A stretch of DNA of 64,000 bases from Podarcis filfolensis. Its lineage: Eukaryota. Below are positions 60,601 to 64,000 of this stretch, one piece after another. The notes below the pieces were generated by a model. That model was not told where the DNA came from. It searched no databases and saw only the letters and a list, made by a program, of their open reading frames with translations. The position numbers were made by a program, and so were the translations under genes. Within the stretch, counting starts at the first letter, position 1; every line of letters starts with the position of its first letter. Location of the stretch: assembly GCA_964270895.1 (NCBI GenBank), contig OZ185436.1; one strand, written 5' to 3'.

Positions 60601-60913
60601 TAGAAATTAACTTTAGGTGCTATCCAATCATGGTCAACAAATAAAATGTTACTTATTTCCACGTTTTATGAACATGTCCACAAAAAGAGCAAAGTAAGGT
60701 CTCTCTTTGACTGACACCAACACTGTGATCAGGTATTATTACATGGATGCACTTTATAAGTGACAATAATATACAGACAGAATGGAAGAAAAACACCAAC
60801 ATTATTGCACATGGTGTCTGGGCGAGCGTTAAAACACTGCAATACGGGGTGAAGATTCTGTACATCTTGCTTTTTCTCAGCATTTGCACTAGAGTTTTGA
60901 TGTAGCAGCAGTA
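57665..60913 (-). other. MAP2K4: Probable MAP2K4 3'UTR (about 3.25 kb; end inferred)
   Basis: Runs from the stop to a minus-strand AATAAA preceded by TTTTGTATTTTTATGTTAC. Confidence 0.6.
57685..57690 (-). terminator. Likely MAP2K4 poly(A) signal AATAAA
   Basis: Forward tttatt; U-rich upstream element and U/G-rich downstream sequence on the minus strand. Other tttatt hexamers exist further upstream in the UTR. Confidence 0.55.
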
Positions 60914-61027
60914 TCAATCGACATACATTGGAGAGCTCGGAGTCGTTGGCATTTGATCCAGGATTTTACAAACATAGCACGCAACGTCCACTGTTCGCTC
61001 CTCATACATTAGGATGAAGGGATGTTT
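60914..61027 (-). CDS. MAP2K4: MAP2K4 last coding exon (114 nt; DVD docking domain, stop TGA)
   Basis: Minus strand: acceptor ttcccttctcttctaccag; KHPFILMYEER...SSPMYVD*. Confidence 0.98.
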   Translation of the reverse strand, partial: KHPFILMYEERTVDVACYVCKILDQMPTTPSSPMYVD

Positions 61028-63771
61028 CTGGTAGAAGAGAAGGGAACAAAATATAGTCTCACTTTTGGAGCACAGAAGGTGCCTCCAGAAGACGTGTGAG
61101 CTCCCAAAGGTACTTCCATGCAACTTAACACTTCAGGTGTTATGAGTTGCTGCGCTGAGGTACCAGCTCACTAGATTCAGTAGAAGGGGTCCAAGCATCA
61201 ACATGGGCATATACACACAGAGAAGGTAGGTGGGGTATAGTACATTCCTTTGCCTTACGTTTGGGAGGAAATGGATAACTGGTGAAGCAGACAAATCCCA
61301 AAATCAAATTTCAATTATACCAATTAAATATGCCATGCAATTGCCAAAAAACTTTAATTCTCTAGATACACAACACAACCCCTGAACAAACTAAATGTGG
61401 GCTTGCTTCATTGCTCACCACAGCAAAAGACAAAATAGCAAGCCCGGCCTCACTAAACAGGTAGAATGCTCATATCTCACAAAGTGGGAATAGCAATGGT
61501 GCTGCTACAGAATGCCTAATTATATCTGTTGGCAACCCAGTCAAATGGGTGGGGTATAGTTAATAATTATAATAATAATAATACCAAGCTTCAAAAGAGT
61601 TAAAGTCTTTAAAGTCCTTAAAGTCTTAGCCAGTTCTAGTCTCATGCATTCACATATCCCATCATACTCACCAGAAGCTCCTTATACTTTGGCCTTTTGG
61701 ACTCGTCCTTTGTAAGGCTAAAAAGATCAGGAAGAGGATTAGGGTGACAGAACATTAGCAGAAAAACATATGAAATTAAGTGTTGGGCAGTTAAGACACT
61801 GCACACTGTCAGAGTCTGCAATTCTATCACACCTATATGTATGATGATGATCATTAATGGTCATTTAAGTCACCTCTCTGCCCAAAGGCTGTGGCTATAA
61901 AACCAACTCATACAGTGATAGTGACCTGCCTTCTCTTTCACTCAGGGCAACCAGTTAAATAAATAAATTAAAAAAAGAGGACAGGGCTTGTGCAAGCTGT
62001 ATAGGAGTGGGAATTTCAGCAGATGAGCCATGCAAGACAAGATGCACTATTGAAATTCCTCTTTCTACCAAACTATGCAGGAGCCCTGGACACCATATTT
62101 TCAATTCTGTATTGCCTATTAAGCTCAGAGTATATTGAATGTATTGAGAATCCCAGGACTGTCCTTGGTCTGCAGGTAACCAAGAAAATGCTGCAATATA
62201 ACCAGAAGCACTCTGAAGTCTGCAACCTATCGGTACATCTCTCACTCCATTGTTTTAAAATTCTGAATGCAGGAAGTACACAGCCTTTCAACAACTTCCT
62301 GGCATCAGGGAAGTTTCCTTTTACTTCTTTCTCAAGACCTGTGCAGTATGAAATTAACCCTTCATAAACAAACATAGGCCGGGGGGGGGGGGGGGGAGTC
62401 TAAAAAAGATCCTTCTTGCACTACCATAACCTGCCAATAATGAATATAGAGAGCTCAGCAGAGAGGAAAATGCCACAGTTGCTTTTCAAGGGCCTGGTAT
62501 ACTTAACACAAAACCTGCTCCCCACCTTTCTAAGGAGGAAAGCACATCACTGAATTAAAGACAGTCTTGTCCTGTCCATCTGCCTCTAAGAAATCAGCTC
62601 AAGAGGCTAACTAACTGCATTTTAAAAACACTGCAGAAAAATGTCAAACCAACAGGTGGCAGCACATCAACACTGTAGTGAATTTGAAGCGACTGTCTTG
62701 CTTTAATCAGTTTGTAAAACGTACATTGATCATTCTCCTTTAAATACCACACCTCTGCTTTCTCTTTTGTGTGATTACAGCCTCAAAGGCAATTGTTTCA
62801 TCTTAAAGGTATCTTTAACTATTGTCTTGCATGGCTCCAAATCACCACTGATGTTTGCCTCATTGCAGCACAATTATTACATTGTCCTGTATATATACTA
62901 AAGGATGTTAAGTTGCTCACATAACGCTTCCTGAGCCCATTCTGGTGTGCTAAATGTAACGAGAGCAACCGACTCATATCCACTTTGTTTTATCCACAGG
63001 ACAATGTAATAATTGTGCTGCAATGAGGCAAACACAACTTATCAACATTCATTTAAAATATCACAGCTACAAACCTGCAGGTAGGCAAACTCCCAGGAGC
63101 AGGCACTACAAAGATATATTCTGCAATTTACAGTGTGCACTCTATTTGATGCAATCGCTGTTCCCTCTATCATATATCGAGGAGGCAACAACAAACGGAT
63201 CTCCAAGATGTAATTAGGGGCTACAAAAGGTCTTGCTACAGACACAGCCTGAGGAAAGGCCTCCCCACCACCCCGGTGCTATTTGTCAAATGTGAGAAGT
63301 CAGTAAGGAAGATCTGCGTTGCCTTCACGTTGAGTGGCAACTCAACCAGGGAAGGACATGTCTAAATCTCTCCAAGCCACCACTTCCATCACACATGCAG
63401 GAAATGTGGCATTAATTTGAGGCTTGCAAGTGGCTCTTCATACTGCAGCTTTCTCCACCCAAACCACTTTCATCCTCAGTGGAGGAAAAATGCACCATTA
63501 CCAGCAACAGGAATGCTCTTGGATGTTGCTGCCACATGCAAGTTGCTGAGGGACAGAGTTGGAAGCCTGAGCCAGAACCACTTACTAATGCCCTGAAGAG
63601 CCCCAGAGCGAGGCATACTCACCACAAGTTGACAAAGTTGATAAAACTTTGGGAGAACTCCCGTTCCTCTGAGTTACTCAGCTGCGGTGGGTCTCCTTTG
63701 ACTACTTGTGTCAGCTGATCAAAAACACTATTCCATTTGGGATAGGGGAACCGTCCTGTGGCCAGTTCATA
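60914..63771 (-). CDS. MAP2K4: MAP2K4 (MKK4), 3' part: last three coding exons; gene continues beyond the window end
   Basis: Spliced frame YELATGRFPYPKWNSVFDQLTQVVKGDPPQLSNSEEREFSQSFINFVNLC-LTKDESKRPKYKELL-KHPFILMYEERTVDVACYVCKILDQMPTTPSSPMYVD*. Confidence 0.98.
61672..61717 (-). CDS. MAP2K4: MAP2K4 penultimate exon (46 nt; LTKDESKRPKYKELL)
   Basis: Minus strand: acceptor gatctttttag, donor CTG|GTGAGT. Confidence 0.97.
63623..63771 (-). CDS. MAP2K4: MAP2K4 exon (149 nt; kinase subdomains IX-XI)
   Basis: Minus strand: acceptor ctttcggtgtag, donor GTG|GTGAGT. Confidence 0.97.
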
Positions 63772-64000
63772 CTACACCGAAAGAAAAAGCAACAGCATGG
63801 GATAGATTAGCCATTGTGAAGCTCATGGGGCCAGGAGGGTGGGAGCGAGGATTCTCCAAACAAGCCCCAACAGCAGAAGCTCTGTGCAAGGTTTCCAACT
63901 CCTAACGATTTAACAATAGCAACCCCCCAAATTAGCCCGCTGAAATCAAGAAAGCTTGGGGGAAAGTAGGAGATGGCTTGTGCCTGAGAAATAATAGTTC

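Noticed and set aside
61599-61630. Short direct repeats (TTAAAGTC x3) as a CRISPR-like or functional array
   Set aside because: Simple slippage repeats in a vertebrate intron, with no spacers

Overview
Vertebrate genomic DNA from a squamate (Sauria SINEs present; probably a lacertid lizard, which is an inference). The window holds the complete coding structure of myocardin (MYOCD, + strand). It has 13 exons from ATG 16099 to TGA 52750, all with GT-AG introns, and splices to one 2820-nt frame (939 aa) encoding RPEL x3, basic and Q-rich regions, SAP, leucine zipper and TAD. A 3'UTR of about 4.5 kb follows. The last three coding exons and 3'UTR of MAP2K4 lie on the - strand, tail-to-tail with MYOCD, and the best poly(A) signals are only about 450 bp apart (human has these genes in tandem and far apart). 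The rest is upstream, intronic and UTR sequence with SINEs, Tc1/pogo and hAT MITEs, LINE fragments, microsatellites and one 128-N gap. Most ORFs in the supplied track are spurious. Most interesting observations: (1) the RPEL1-spacer-RPEL2 region is far more MRTF-like than in mammalian myocardin, suggesting retained G-actin regulation; (2) a 3'UTR hairpin in which a miR-145 site is masked by a 14-nt copy of miR-145 itself, next to a cluster of miR-1/133 seeds; (3) a candidate exon-2a-type poison cassette with QKI and RBPMS motifs; (4) the convergent MYOCD/MAP2K4 junction. All comparisons to human, mouse and miRNA sequences are from memory; no alignment or database search was run.
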